A DNA stretch of 52,349 bases from Candidatus Eiseniibacteriota bacterium (lineage in GTDB: Bacteria; Joyebacterota; Joyebacteria; Joyebacterales; Joyebacteraceae). The translations under genes were made by a program, and so were the position numbers. The notes under the pieces were generated by a model. It ran no database searches and was not told where the DNA came from. It saw nothing but the letters and a program-made list of their open reading frames with translations. The stretch lies in the NCBI GenBank assembly GCA_030613615.1, contig JAUWLR010000003.1, positions 1-52,349 on the forward strand, in the 5' to 3' direction. Positions 28,915 through 38,373 of the stretch are shown piece after piece (the first letter of the stretch is position 1; each line of letters opens with the position of its first letter).

Positions 28915-29649
28915 TCATCCCGGCTGCTGGGCCGTCATCACACGCGAGAGGATCATGACGATCCCCCCGGAGACGACGTTGAACGTGAAGTGCGCGGCGA
29001 CGGCCGGCACGAGGCTCCCGGTCTTCTCCCGGTAGTACCCCGCGACCAGTCCCGCCACGGTAGCCATCACAACGATCAGAACGACCATCGGCACCGCCAT
29101 CACCCGCATCAGGCCGAGATGCACGAGCCCGAACAGCACGGCCGCGATCGCGACCGGGAGGCTTATCCGGCACCGCCCGACCTTCCACGCGCGGCGCGAC
29201 AGCGGAGAGAGAGAGCCGAGGAGCAACCCCCTGAACAGCATCTCCTCGGCGGTGCTCGCGAGAAGCCACACCGACACGACGACCTTGACGAACGAGTCGA
29301 GCCCCGGCATCCCCATGCCCGCCCCTCGCGGCCCGAGAACGGACATTACGATCATGGTCGCAACGACGACCCCCAGCGAGATCGCAGCGCTGACCCCCAC
29401 CGCCCTCCCGACGTCCCTCCACGGGCTGCCCTTGAGGCCGTAGGCGCCCGGGTTCCAGCGCCCGAGCACGAGCATCGCCACCAGTGAACCGACGAGGAAG
29501 ACCAGCTGTGTGATGTCGCTTCTGGTGAGCCACTCGGTCGCCTCGACCGCATTGCTCACGAACGAGAGTGATGGAATGACCTCCGCGGCCAGAACGAAGA
29601 CGACCGCAGCGAGGACGAGTCCAGGAACAGACAGCGCGCGGACGTTCAT
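28915..29649 (-). CDS. CPBP (CAAX/Abi) family intramembrane metalloprotease
   Basis: EEMLFRG, LFGLVH, AAHFTFN; multiple TM helices. Confidence 0.92.
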   Translation of the reverse strand: MNVRALSVPGLVLAAVVFVLAAEVIPSLSFVSNAVEATEWLTRSDITQLVFLVGSLVAMLVLGRWNPGAYGLKGSPWRDVGRAVGVSAAISLGVVVATMIVMSVLGPRGAGMGMPGLDSFVKVVVSVWLLASTAEEMLFRGLLLGSLSPLSRRAWKVGRCRISLPVAIAAVLFGLVHLGLMRVMAVPMVVLIVVMATVAGLVAGYYREKTGSLVPAVAAHFTFNVVSGGIVMILSRVMTAQQPG

Positions 29650-29702
29650 GTGAACCTCCTCCCCTGCCGGTCGGCAGGCGCGGATCGGGAAAGGGAACCG
29701 AC

Positions 29703-30302
29703 CTACGGCGAGAGCATTCGCCAGGTGTTCTCGAAGAGCCGTGCCCCCGCTGCGTCGATATCGATCGAGTGATCCATGTGGCTCAGCAGTGAGACACCCT
29801 CGATGACGGCATGAAGCTCGAGAGCCGCGACCTCGCAGTCGATATCACCCCGGATCTCGCCGCTCTCCTGTGCAGCACGGATGCGCTCGGAGAGGAGCCG
29901 CCGGGATTCGACGAAGCCCTCCTGGATTCTCCTCCGAATGTCCGGATCTCTCCTGCTCGCCGTGAGGAACAGCTCGGTGAAGCTGTACGGTGTCCCGGCC
30001 GTGTCCTTCTCGAGCAGGATGTTCGCCACGTCCCTGAAGCGCCCGATCGACGTCAGCATGGCTCTCATCAGGTCCTCAAGCGTCCTGCACGGGCGCAGCC
30101 TGGCGGCGCTCCACTCCTTCATCCCGTCGAAGAACAGAGTCAGGACCTCGTGGAAGAGAGCGTCCTTGCTCTCGTAATGGTGGTAGATCGCGGGCTTCGT
30201 CAGACCGACTTCGTCGGCGATGTCGTTGAGCGAGGTGTTCTCGTAGCCCTTGAGAAGAAAGAGCTCAAGTGCCGCCCTCGCGATGTCCTGCCTGGTTCCC
30301 AT
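29703..30302 (-). CDS. TetR/AcrR family transcriptional regulator
   Basis: AALELFLLKGYENTSLNDIADEVGLTKPAIYHHYESKDAL helix-turn-helix; ATG 30302. Confidence 0.94.
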   Translation of the reverse strand: MGTRQDIARAALELFLLKGYENTSLNDIADEVGLTKPAIYHHYESKDALFHEVLTLFFDGMKEWSAARLRPCRTLEDLMRAMLTSIGRFRDVANILLEKDTAGTPYSFTELFLTASRRDPDIRRRIQEGFVESRRLLSERIRAAQESGEIRGDIDCEVAALELHAVIEGVSLLSHMDHSIDIDAAGARLFENTWRMLSP

Positions 30303-30398
30303 GACACTCCCCCCGTGCGTGCGGCGGCCAGCTGCGACCGCCCCGGCGTTCTTCCTGGTGTTCCTGCTAGCGTTCTTCCTGGGACGTTTCTCCGACTC

Positions 30399-30450
30399 CT
30401 TACCTACCGGTCGGTAAGTAAGCATATCAGCTTGCCCCACAGCGCGTCAA
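30399..30450 (-). promoter_or_regulatory. tetR promoter with an overlapping palindromic operator
   Basis: TTGACG-N18-TATGCT (30450-30421); imperfect 24-bp palindrome CTTACCTACCGGTCGGTAAGTAAG (30399-30422). Confidence 0.75.
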
Positions 30451-30718
30451 GCACGTTTCTGGGGGCTCTAGAGTGTGTCCGGGGCTGTTTTGGGGCTCCT
30501 GGGAGCCGGCCGGCTGAGGCGGGCGCGCGCCCTGAGAGGAACTGGTGTGGGCTCAAAGAGAAGGGGGGGGGGCGGGGGCCGGCCCCCCGCGGAATCCCAG
30601 GGCTAAAAACCGCCGGCGCGCGGGGGGGGGGGGGGGCCAGGTGGGGGCGGGGGGGGTGGCCCGCCCCCTCTCTTCATCCAAGGACTAATCCGCGCCGAAG
30701 CGCGTTGAGGCTTGAGAC

Positions 30719-33700
30719 CTACTTGTCCTCGGGTCGTATCCCCATCCCACTTCTGTCCGGATACTCGGGCTTCGGCACCGGCACGAAGGGGTTCTTCTCG
30801 ATCTCGTCGAGCATGACCTCGATGGCCTTGTCGAGCTGGGGGTCTCCCCCGTCCACCATCAGCGCCGGGTCGTCGACGACCTCGATGTCCGGGTCGACAC
30901 CGTGGCCCTCGATGCCCCACGTCCCATCCTTGTTGTAGAAAGCGAAGCGCGGCACGGTCATGTAGCCGCCGTCCGTCAGAGGCGGGTTGCCGGACAGTCC
31001 GACCAGGCCGCCCCAGGTCCGCGTGCCGATGAGCGGACCCACTCCCCTCTCCTTGAACCAGAACGGGAAGGAGTCGCCGCCAGACCCGGCCGATTCGTTG
31101 ATGAGCATGCACTTGGGACCGTAGTGGCCAACCCCCGGATCCGGCGCACCCTCATCGGCACCGCGTACGGCCCAGTAGCTGCCGTGGTGGCGGTCGAACA
31201 GCTCGACAAAGCGCTCGGGCGACCAGCCGCCGCCGTTCCAGCGCTCGTCGATGATGAGGGCGTCCAGATGCATCTGCCCTCCGAATTGGCGCGCGATGTC
31301 GTTGCGTCCGGCTGAGGCGGTGTCCGGAACGTAGATGTACCCGACCGTGCCACCAGACTCCTCCTCGACGTAGGCACGGTTACCCTCTACCCACGCGCGG
31401 TAGCGGAGGTCTCTCTCCGAACCGACCGGCTCGACGACCACATGGCGGACGCTGTCGGTAATCGAAGGCTCCTCGTTGACCGAGAGCGTCACCTCCATGC
31501 CCGCGAGCCCCTGGAAGGCCGCCCACGGGTCCTTGTCGGTGTCTACCGGAACGCCGTTGACCTCGAGGACATAGTCGCCCTCGCTGACACCGATGCCCGG
31601 CTGGCTCAGCGGACCCCTGGCGTCGGAGTCCCACGGACCGCCCTGGTAGATCTTCGAAATCCTGTAGGCGCCGTCGTGGAGCTCGAAGTCGCACCCGAGC
31701 ATACCGACCGAGACGGTGGCGGGCGTGTCGCTGCCACCGCCCATGTAGTAGGCGTGGCCGACGTTGAGCTCGGCGATCATCTCGCCCAGCACGAATGAAA
31801 GATCGCCGCGCGAAGCGCAATCCCCGACCATCGGCTCGTACTGCCTCTTCACACGCTCCCAGTCGACGCCGTGCATGCCGGGGTCGTAGAAGAAGTCGCG
31901 CATGATGCGCCAGGCGTCGTGAAGTGTCGCCATCCACTCGACCCGCGGCTCGATCTCAACCATCATCCCGGACGTGGAGAGCGTCTCGTCCCAACTCTGG
32001 TCGGCCGCGGCGTCGACGATGGCAAGCGATCCCGTCTTGTTCACGGCGAGCACCTTCTCGCCGTCACCTGAGAGGTCGAAGCCGGAGACGCCAGAGAGCA
32101 CGCTCTTCTCCATCTCTTCATCGTCCTCGATGTCGACGAGCTGAAGCGTGGATGATCCTTCGTCCGAGCGTCGCAGGTAGAGCAACTTGCCCTCGTGGTT
32201 CACGGCCAGGCTGTAGAAGCCGCCGCGCTCGATGGGTAGCAGTATCGCCCGCTGCTCGAAACCCTCGATGTCGATGACGAGAGGGTCCTCGTCCTCTTCA
32301 TCTTCGGCGTCTTCGTCGCCGTCCTCGTCATCGGCATCCTCGTCGCCGTCCTCATCCTCGGCGTCGTCGTCACCGTCCTCATCCTCGGCGTCCTCGTCCC
32401 CCCACTCCTCCTCGTCGCTCTCGGGCACGAGCGGCCACTCGACGTCCGCACGCAGCGGCACGGCGAGGAGTCGGTCGGTCTTATCGTAGACCCAGGAATC
32501 CCAGTCGTCACCGGAGGTGAACGAGGTGAAGTCCTTCATGCTGGCATAGAAGAGGAAGTCGCCGGCGCGGTCGAAGGTCGGCCACGTGTCCGCGAACATG
32601 CTGCTCGTTACTTGTGTGAGTTCGTCCTCGTCAAGGTTGTAGAGGAAGACAACGGAGTTGCCCTCGCGCATACCCAGTGCATCCGCGAACGTGAGCCAGT
32701 GCGAGTCGTGCGACCAGCTGACGTTGACACCGCGTCCGCCGATGGCGCGCTTGTAGACCTCCGTCGTGTCCTTCGACTCGATGTCGAGTATGAAGAGCGT
32801 GCCGCCGCTGTCGAAGAACGCTATCTTCTCCGAGTCAGGAGACCAGGTGAGTTCCTCGATGTAGCTGCCCTTGCGGCTGGTGAGCTTCTTCGTCTCGCCA
32901 CGACCGTCCGACTGAACGACGTAGATCTCGTACTCGCCCGACTCGTCGGACGTGTAGGCTATCCACTGCCCGTCCGGACTCCAGACCGGGTTCCGCTCTA
33001 TGGCGTCGTCGGTGCGCGTGATGGCCCTGGGCATCCCGTTCTCCGCGGGGATGGTCCAGATGTCGCCCCGCGCCTGCACGACCGCGCGCTTGCCGGTCGC
33101 GGAAATGCCACCCCCGCCAAGTTCGTCCGCCGCGTCGAAGAGCTGCGGGCGGATCTTCGTGTGGTCACCGGGGATTCTCACGTCCACCGAGTTTCCGCGC
33201 TCGCTCTCGAGGTCGAGCAGGCGGAGCTCAGGACCGTACTGGTAGACGATCGCATCGGGGCCGATGGACGCCCACTTGACGTCAAAGTCGCTATGCTTTG
33301 TGATCTGGCGGGTACGTTCCGTCTTCGTGTCGTAGACCCACACATTCAGCCGGTGCGCGGGACCCGCGTCGGATACGTAGTAGAGATCGTCGCCGTGCCA
33401 CATCGGGAACGTGTCGGCGCCCTCCCAGTCTGTGATCTTCTTCGACGAGTGGTCGCGCAGGTTGAAGAGCCAGATGTCGGGCGCGCGCCCGCCCTGGTAG
33501 CGCTTCCACGTGGAGTAGTCCGTGGCGAACGGGTTGTAGGCGAGCCACTTGCCGTCGTCGCTGATGGACGCGTTCGAGCCATACGGGACCGGCAGCTGCT
33601 CCGGCATGCCGCCCTTCGGTGACACAGTGAAGAGCGCCGCCGTCCTCGAGTACAAACCCAGTCCGTATGCCCAGAAGATAATGTCGCCGTCGGGCGTCCA

Positions 33701-34057
33701 CCCGGTCGGGCGCTCTGAGTATGGATGGTGCGTCACGCGGAAAGGCGTGCCACCCTCCGTCGGAATGGTGTAGATGTCGTTGTTCCCGTCGTAGTTCGCT
33801 GTGAAGGCGATGGTCTCGCCGTCGGGGCTGAACTTGGGGAGCGACTCGTAGCCTGCGGGATTCGCGAGCGGCGAAGCCACTCCACCCTCTCGTGGCACCA
33901 TCCAGATATCGTTGGCGTAGCGGAACACGATGTGTGTCTCGCTGACGTCCGGATAGCGCAGCATTCCGGCGTGCGGCGTCGCTGCCATCGCCGCCGATGC
34001 GAACAGAATGAGTGCGATCCCGACTGCGATGGGAACGCTCGGTCGCCTCTCCAACAT
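30719..34057 (-). CDS. Tricorn protease homolog (S41B) with signal peptide
   Basis: Beta-propeller WSPDG repeats, NVGHAY, PDZ, DERWNGGG, GSGGD (catalytic Ser), TRTWGG, IEGHGVDPDIEV. Confidence 0.95.
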   Translation of the reverse strand: MLERRPSVPIAVGIALILFASAAMAATPHAGMLRYPDVSETHIVFRYANDIWMVPREGGVASPLANPAGYESLPKFSPDGETIAFTANYDGNNDIYTIPTEGGTPFRVTHHPYSERPTGWTPDGDIIFWAYGLGLYSRTAALFTVSPKGGMPEQLPVPYGSNASISDDGKWLAYNPFATDYSTWKRYQGGRAPDIWLFNLRDHSSKKITDWEGADTFPMWHGDDLYYVSDAGPAHRLNVWVYDTKTERTRQITKHSDFDVKWASIGPDAIVYQYGPELRLLDLESERGNSVDVRIPGDHTKIRPQLFDAADELGGGGISATGKRAVVQARGDIWTIPAENGMPRAITRTDDAIERNPVWSPDGQWIAYTSDESGEYEIYVVQSDGRGETKKLTSRKGSYIEELTWSPDSEKIAFFDSGGTLFILDIESKDTTEVYKRAIGGRGVNVSWSHDSHWLTFADALGMREGNSVVFLYNLDEDELTQVTSSMFADTWPTFDRAGDFLFYASMKDFTSFTSGDDWDSWVYDKTDRLLAVPLRADVEWPLVPESDEEEWGDEDAEDEDGDDDAEDEDGDEDADDEDGDEDAEDEEDEDPLVIDIEGFEQRAILLPIERGGFYSLAVNHEGKLLYLRRSDEGSSTLQLVDIEDDEEMEKSVLSGVSGFDLSGDGEKVLAVNKTGSLAIVDAAADQSWDETLSTSGMMVEIEPRVEWMATLHDAWRIMRDFFYDPGMHGVDWERVKRQYEPMVGDCASRGDLSFVLGEMIAELNVGHAYYMGGGSDTPATVSVGMLGCDFELHDGAYRISKIYQGGPWDSDARGPLSQPGIGVSEGDYVLEVNGVPVDTDKDPWAAFQGLAGMEVTLSVNEEPSITDSVRHVVVEPVGSERDLRYRAWVEGNRAYVEEESGGTVGYIYVPDTASAGRNDIARQFGGQMHLDALIIDERWNGGGWSPERFVELFDRHHGSYWAVRGADEGAPDPGVGHYGPKCMLINESAGSGGDSFPFWFKERGVGPLIGTRTWGGLVGLSGNPPLTDGGYMTVPRFAFYNKDGTWGIEGHGVDPDIEVVDDPALMVDGGDPQLDKAIEVMLDEIEKNPFVPVPKPEYPDRSGMGIRPEDK
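32286..32420. repeat. About 4 x 27-bp acidic repeat (GDEDAEDED) within the tricorn gene
   Basis: EEEWGDEDAEDEDGDDDAEDEDGDEDADDEDGDEDAEDEEDED. Confidence 0.85.
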
Positions 34058-34160
34058 ACTTCCCCCCTTGCCTCGGTCTGTGGCAGGCTCGCTGTCCCAC
34101 CGGTGGTTTCTCTACTCGTTCAGTTCGTATGGTCGCTCGTGGCACCCTTCTACTGATTCC

Positions 34161-35543
34161 TCACTGGTCCCTTGGGTTCTCGTCCGTGTGACCGTTCTCG
34201 TAGTGCCCGATGAGCTTGACCGGCGCGCCGTCGTCACCCAGCACGATCTCGAGCCGGAAGTACGGCACAGCGTCGAAACTGAACATGGTCTCGGTCATCG
34301 GCGTCGCGACGATCGGGTCACGGTCGTCGCGGTTGTAGAGCAGACGGCCACTCTCCACTCGAAGATGTCGGGGACCGTAGTCACCAGCATAGGACTCAAG
34401 CGTAGCGACGTCCACCTCAACCGGGTTCAGTCTGGCGTCGAGGCCCTGAATCGCCCAATCGAGCACGAAGGCCTCCTCGTCGCTCATGTCACGCTCGCGG
34501 AGCTTGCCCAACGCGTCGAGATACGCCGCGTCGAACGCCTGGTCGGCAGGAACCTCGATGTCGGGCGCGACGCCCGTCCCTTCCCAGTTCGTGCCCGAGA
34601 CGGGATTGATGGCCCGGCCGAACGACACGCGCATTCCCATGTTGAGGCTCGGGAAGAGATACGACGTGACCGGATGGGCGCCGCCGCCGGTTGTCTCCCC
34701 TACGATGGTGCCGCGCTCCAGGTTCTTGACGTTATAGGCGAACTCCTCGGCGGCCGAGAACGTGTGACTGCTCGTGAGGACGTAGAGTCCTGTGTCCACC
34801 ATCTTTGGCCCCGGCACGTAGGGCGCCGACCAGAACTGCTGGAGGGAATCGCCGTCGCGGATATAGAAGCTGTTCAGGTGCGTCGAGCCGTCGAGAAGGT
34901 AGGCCATGATGGTCTGAATGAGGGACGGGCTGCCGCCGCCGTTCTCAGTCAGGTCGATAATCAGCGCATCGGTGTAGCCCAGGAAGTTCATGGCCGCGAT
35001 GGCGGTCGGTCCCGAGAGCGACGTGTCGTTGAAACTGTTGAGCTTGAGGTAGCCGACGTTGCCATCGAGGATCTCCAGTTTCTTGAACTCGAAGTTGCGC
35101 TTCCTGCCTCGCTCGAAGGCCAGCTGATGCGCGACATCGGGGTCCTCGTCGCCCTGCTGGTACTCCTCCAGGAGCTCGTCGCTCATGAACTGCACGCCGA
35201 GGTGCCGGTCACTGCTGATCTCGCGCATGTCCTCCGTCAGCTGCCGAGCAAACTCCTGCACGGTCTCGAGCTCGTCGTACTCGCCCTCCTTGAGCTTGCG
35301 GCGAATGTGCTTCTCCATCTCCTTCGCTACGTCCTCGAAGACGTAGGTCCTGTTGAGAGCCCAGCTGACCGAGTCGACCGCGGCCGCCTTGAACTCGGCG
35401 CTCGCGGGCATCGAGTCGTCCTGCCCGACAACCATCCGCCGCTGAGCAAGGCACGGCGCCGCTGCCAGAAGAACGAACAGCGTCAGGAACACCAGAAGCC
35501 CCAGACGCCGTCTGAGCGACATCATCCGCTTGCCGAGCCTCAT
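34161..35543 (-). CDS. Secreted S41 family peptidase (IRBP-like)
   Basis: GNVGYLKL, IIDLTENGGGSP, TFSAAEEFAY, GETTGGGAHP, NWEGTGVAPD. Confidence 0.93.
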   Translation of the reverse strand: MRLGKRMMSLRRRLGLLVFLTLFVLLAAAPCLAQRRMVVGQDDSMPASAEFKAAAVDSVSWALNRTYVFEDVAKEMEKHIRRKLKEGEYDELETVQEFARQLTEDMREISSDRHLGVQFMSDELLEEYQQGDEDPDVAHQLAFERGRKRNFEFKKLEILDGNVGYLKLNSFNDTSLSGPTAIAAMNFLGYTDALIIDLTENGGGSPSLIQTIMAYLLDGSTHLNSFYIRDGDSLQQFWSAPYVPGPKMVDTGLYVLTSSHTFSAAEEFAYNVKNLERGTIVGETTGGGAHPVTSYLFPSLNMGMRVSFGRAINPVSGTNWEGTGVAPDIEVPADQAFDAAYLDALGKLRERDMSDEEAFVLDWAIQGLDARLNPVEVDVATLESYAGDYGPRHLRVESGRLLYNRDDRDPIVATPMTETMFSFDAVPYFRLEIVLGDDGAPVKLIGHYENGHTDENPRDQ

Positions 35544-35630
35544 GTCTCCCTCCTCTTCGCAAACACAGGCGCCCGCCAGTCCTGAGTGGCGGGCACCGGT
35601 ACGTGCAACCTGCTGGTGTGGTAGGTCGTT

Positions 35631-35723
35631 CTAGTTCACACAGGTGAGCAGCAGCGCCAGCGCCGTGAAGACGAACGCTCCCAGTCGCCTTCGTAAGCCT
35701 ATCATTCTCGTTCCGAATCTCAT
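35631..35723 (-). CDS. 30-aa mini-ORF resembling the signal peptide of the downstream S41 peptidase
   Basis: RBS AAAGGAG; MRFGTRMIGLRRRLGAFVFTALALLLTCVN* versus MRLGKRMMSLRRRLGLLVFLTL; followed by a hairpin at about 35568-35597. Confidence 0.6.
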   Translation of the reverse strand: MRFGTRMIGLRRRLGAFVFTALALLLTCVN

Positions 35724-35782
35724 GAGTCCGGTCTCCTTTCACCGCAATCTTTGACTCGCTCGGGGAAAGGACGGTTGAACAT

Positions 35783-35810
35783 GGAAAAGGGCCCTGGAAA
35801 GGGCCCTTCC
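35783..35810 (-). terminator. Intrinsic terminator after the methyltransferase
   Basis: Minus strand reads GGAAGGGCCCT-ttcc-AGGGCCCTTTTCC. Confidence 0.7.
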
Positions 35811-35834
35811 TGCTTGGAGCGGGCGCTGGGGACA

Positions 35835-36722
35835 CTACCTGATCGACAGCTCCATCCCACAGTCGTCGATGGCGAAGCAGATGCTCTCTCTGAAATGTGC
35901 CTTGTCTCGCACGAATGCTAGGTAAGGAGCGAGCTCTTTCCTCGCGGTCCAGTCGAGATTGTCGTGCGCCATGACCCAGGCGCCCTCTGGCAGGCGGTCG
36001 TAGATCTGTTTCAGTAGGATGAGATAGAGGCCGCTCACCGGCCCGAGCGGGTCTTTCTCCCCCGAAGCCTGGGCGGCGGCGCTGGCCCTGTTCTCGTACT
36101 TGGCCTCGAGATAGACGAAATCGAACGGGCCCTCGATGCGGTCGAGCGCGGTTCGCGCGTCCTCTGCGATGAGCTCGACCTCCGACACGTCCTCGAGCTT
36201 CTTGAAGTTGGCGCGAGCCTCCCTGACCATGTCGGCGTCCACGTCGATGCCGATGATCCGCTCCGCGGCGTAGGCCCTGTTGGGACCGATGCACGGCCCC
36301 GCGAACCAGCCGAGCGTGTAGCCCCAGAAGCTGCCGAGCTCGAGCAGATGCGCGGGCCGCCTCACGCTCGTCAGCATGTACATCAGCCGCTCCATCGTCG
36401 GGCTCAAGCTGGTCCACGACCCCTCGAACTTCTCCTTGAGCCGGGCGCGGTGCACATCAAGCGCGAGCCGGTCGTAGTCGGCCGAGACCGGCACGTGGCC
36501 TTCGCTCTTCAGGAGCTCGAGTGCCGAGTCGACGATCTTCGACTCCTGGGCGGTCCGCCCGAGCCGGTAGGCGAAGTACGGGTCGCGATGCGCGACCTCG
36601 CTGCGCAGCCCGTCGGGCGCGTTCTCATTGAACGCTGCGTCCGGATGCACGAGTCCGTCTGCCTTCATCTTCTCGAGGGCGAGCGCAATCGCCTCCCTCG
36701 ACGGGTGAAACGTCAGGGCCAT
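35835..36722 (-). CDS. Class I SAM-dependent (O-)methyltransferase with N-terminal extension
   Basis: LLELGSFWGYT, IGIDVD, AEDA, FDFVYLEA, VMAHD. Confidence 0.85.
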   Translation of the reverse strand: MALTFHPSREAIALALEKMKADGLVHPDAAFNENAPDGLRSEVAHRDPYFAYRLGRTAQESKIVDSALELLKSEGHVPVSADYDRLALDVHRARLKEKFEGSWTSLSPTMERLMYMLTSVRRPAHLLELGSFWGYTLGWFAGPCIGPNRAYAAERIIGIDVDADMVREARANFKKLEDVSEVELIAEDARTALDRIEGPFDFVYLEAKYENRASAAAQASGEKDPLGPVSGLYLILLKQIYDRLPEGAWVMAHDNLDWTARKELAPYLAFVRDKAHFRESICFAIDDCGMELSIR

Positions 36723-36766
36723 GGTGCCCTCCGCCGTGTGATGTCTGTAGCCGTCCTGCCCGGTTG

Positions 36767-37156
36767 CTACTCTGACTCGACTGTCACGACCGGCGTCCTG
36801 TTCGCATCGAAGACGCGGATGGTGTCGTCATGCAGCAGGACCCAGAACGAGTAGATGCCCAGCGCCGTTCCGAAGGGTATGTCGATGAGGTCGAAGGCCC
36901 CGACTATCAGCGCGAGGATCCTCGCCCACCGCCTGCGCATCAGGAGCGCGATGCCCGCGATGAGCCCCGGGACCGACAGCACGATCAGGAACGTGCCGAG
37001 GCCAATGCCCACGGCCGTCAGGATAGTCATGGCCGTCGGGTCGCCCGTGAGGCATCCCACGCTCGACAGGACACCCATGATGATGAAGCCCACTACGAGC
37101 CCCAGAACGTGGTAAGCGATGAAGAGTACACCAAGCAGCGTCACGTGCTTGTCCAT
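36767..37156 (-). CDS. Hypothetical 3-4 TM membrane protein
   Basis: Hydrophobic helices, WARIL...IPFGTALGIYSFWVL; RBS AAGGAGG; start is 37156 or 37162. Confidence 0.8.
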   Translation of the reverse strand: MDKHVTLLGVLFIAYHVLGLVVGFIIMGVLSSVGCLTGDPTAMTILTAVGIGLGTFLIVLSVPGLIAGIALLMRRRWARILALIVGAFDLIDIPFGTALGIYSFWVLLHDDTIRVFDANRTPVVTVESE

Positions 37157-37299
37157 GTTCACTTGTCCCTCCTTTTAGTATCGCATTCCCGATGCCGCAC
37201 CGCGCGAGGTGCGCTTTCCATCTATGACACCTCGATGGCGCGGTTGGTTTGGCGGTTGTTTACATGTCGTCTGGCCTTCGCCCGCGGCCGCAGGCCGCA

Positions 37300-38301
37300 C
37301 TAGGCGCTCTTCTTGACCTCCGGTATCTTCTCCCCCTCGCGCGGCTCTCTCAACACCTTCCTGAAATCCACCCACGCGGGCCGGGCCTCGAAGCCGAGCT
37401 GCAGGTTGAGGCCGAACATCGGGTTGTTCTCCTCGTTGTCGGTCTCGATTATCGTCGCGCCGTAGTCGCGCGCGAATCTGACGCCGCTGACCTTGAGCGC
37501 GGTGGCGATGCCCTTCCGCCTGTGACTTCTGACAACACCGGTAAGACCCGTGTGGAGCTTGTGTTTCTCCACCTGCGACGTCCAGAACCCGGTCAGCCCT
37601 ACGTACCTCCTTTCGTCGATGGCGACGAAGTGCGCGCTGGCGTCGTAGTTGGGTGAATCGAATCGCGACGCGAACTGCTCGAAGCTCACCCTGGTCGGCG
37701 GCTCCGGCAGCGGCACGTCCATCCAGCACTCGTTCTCGAGTTCGTACCAGCTCCGCTTCCAGTCCGGGTCGCGTGCGGGAAGGTCCGGGACGTTGACTAT
37801 CTCGATACCTTGCTCCCTCACGTGCTCTTCGACACCCTCGAACTTCGCGAAGTCGAACGTCTGTGGATTCAGGTGTGAGACGGGGTAGCGCATGGTCCGT
37901 ACGAACCCGCGCTTCGTGAGGAAGCGAATGAAATCCGGTTTGTCCTCGCGAGTGTCCGCCGTGAAGAAGAGCGGGTCGAGCGCGGCGAGGCCGGCGACCA
38001 CGTGGTCGTACATCGCCGTGCCGTAACCCATGCGCGTGTAATCCGGATGCACATCGACACCGACGAAGTACTTGCCAGGGACGTGCGTCCACTCGCTTTC
38101 GCCGCAGCTCGAGAACGCCACGATCTCCCCATCGATCTCCCCTACCACACGCCTGAACAGGTACTTCGGGTTCCGGTGCTTGTCGCGGTGCTGCCAGCTT
38201 TCCGGTGAGGAGAGCTCCTCCGGCCAAATGGCGTTCGCTATGTCGACGCAGGCTCGGTACTCCTCGTCGGTACCAGCGAACGGTCGTATCTTGATTGTCA
38301 T
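37300..38301 (-). CDS. Two-domain GNAT N-acetyltransferase (array member 8)
   Basis: VHPDYTRMGYGTAM; TGVVRSHRRKGIATALK; TDNEENNPMFGLNLQLGF. Confidence 0.92.
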   Translation of the reverse strand: MTIKIRPFAGTDEEYRACVDIANAIWPEELSSPESWQHRDKHRNPKYLFRRVVGEIDGEIVAFSSCGESEWTHVPGKYFVGVDVHPDYTRMGYGTAMYDHVVAGLAALDPLFFTADTREDKPDFIRFLTKRGFVRTMRYPVSHLNPQTFDFAKFEGVEEHVREQGIEIVNVPDLPARDPDWKRSWYELENECWMDVPLPEPPTRVSFEQFASRFDSPNYDASAHFVAIDERRYVGLTGFWTSQVEKHKLHTGLTGVVRSHRRKGIATALKVSGVRFARDYGATIIETDNEENNPMFGLNLQLGFEARPAWVDFRKVLREPREGEKIPEVKKSA

Positions 38302-38373
38302 TGTCAGGTCCTCTTGCGCCACGCTGTAGTTACACGCGGCGAGCCTGTGGTATTCGTCGGTTGCGGAGCCGGG

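Noticed and set aside
30555-30680. Poly-G tracts as a G-quadruplex element or a coding extension
   Set aside because: Long G homopolymers inside an inverted repeat (gaga.ggggg..cggg / cccgccccctctc) look like sequencing or assembly error at a strong hairpin terminator; read inspection is needed.
35543-35723. Amber (pyrrolysine) readthrough fusing the mini-ORF to the S41 peptidase
   Set aside because: In-frame placement has a 1-in-3 chance, S41 has its own RBS and signal peptide, there are no pyl genes in the window, and TAG is a common stop here.
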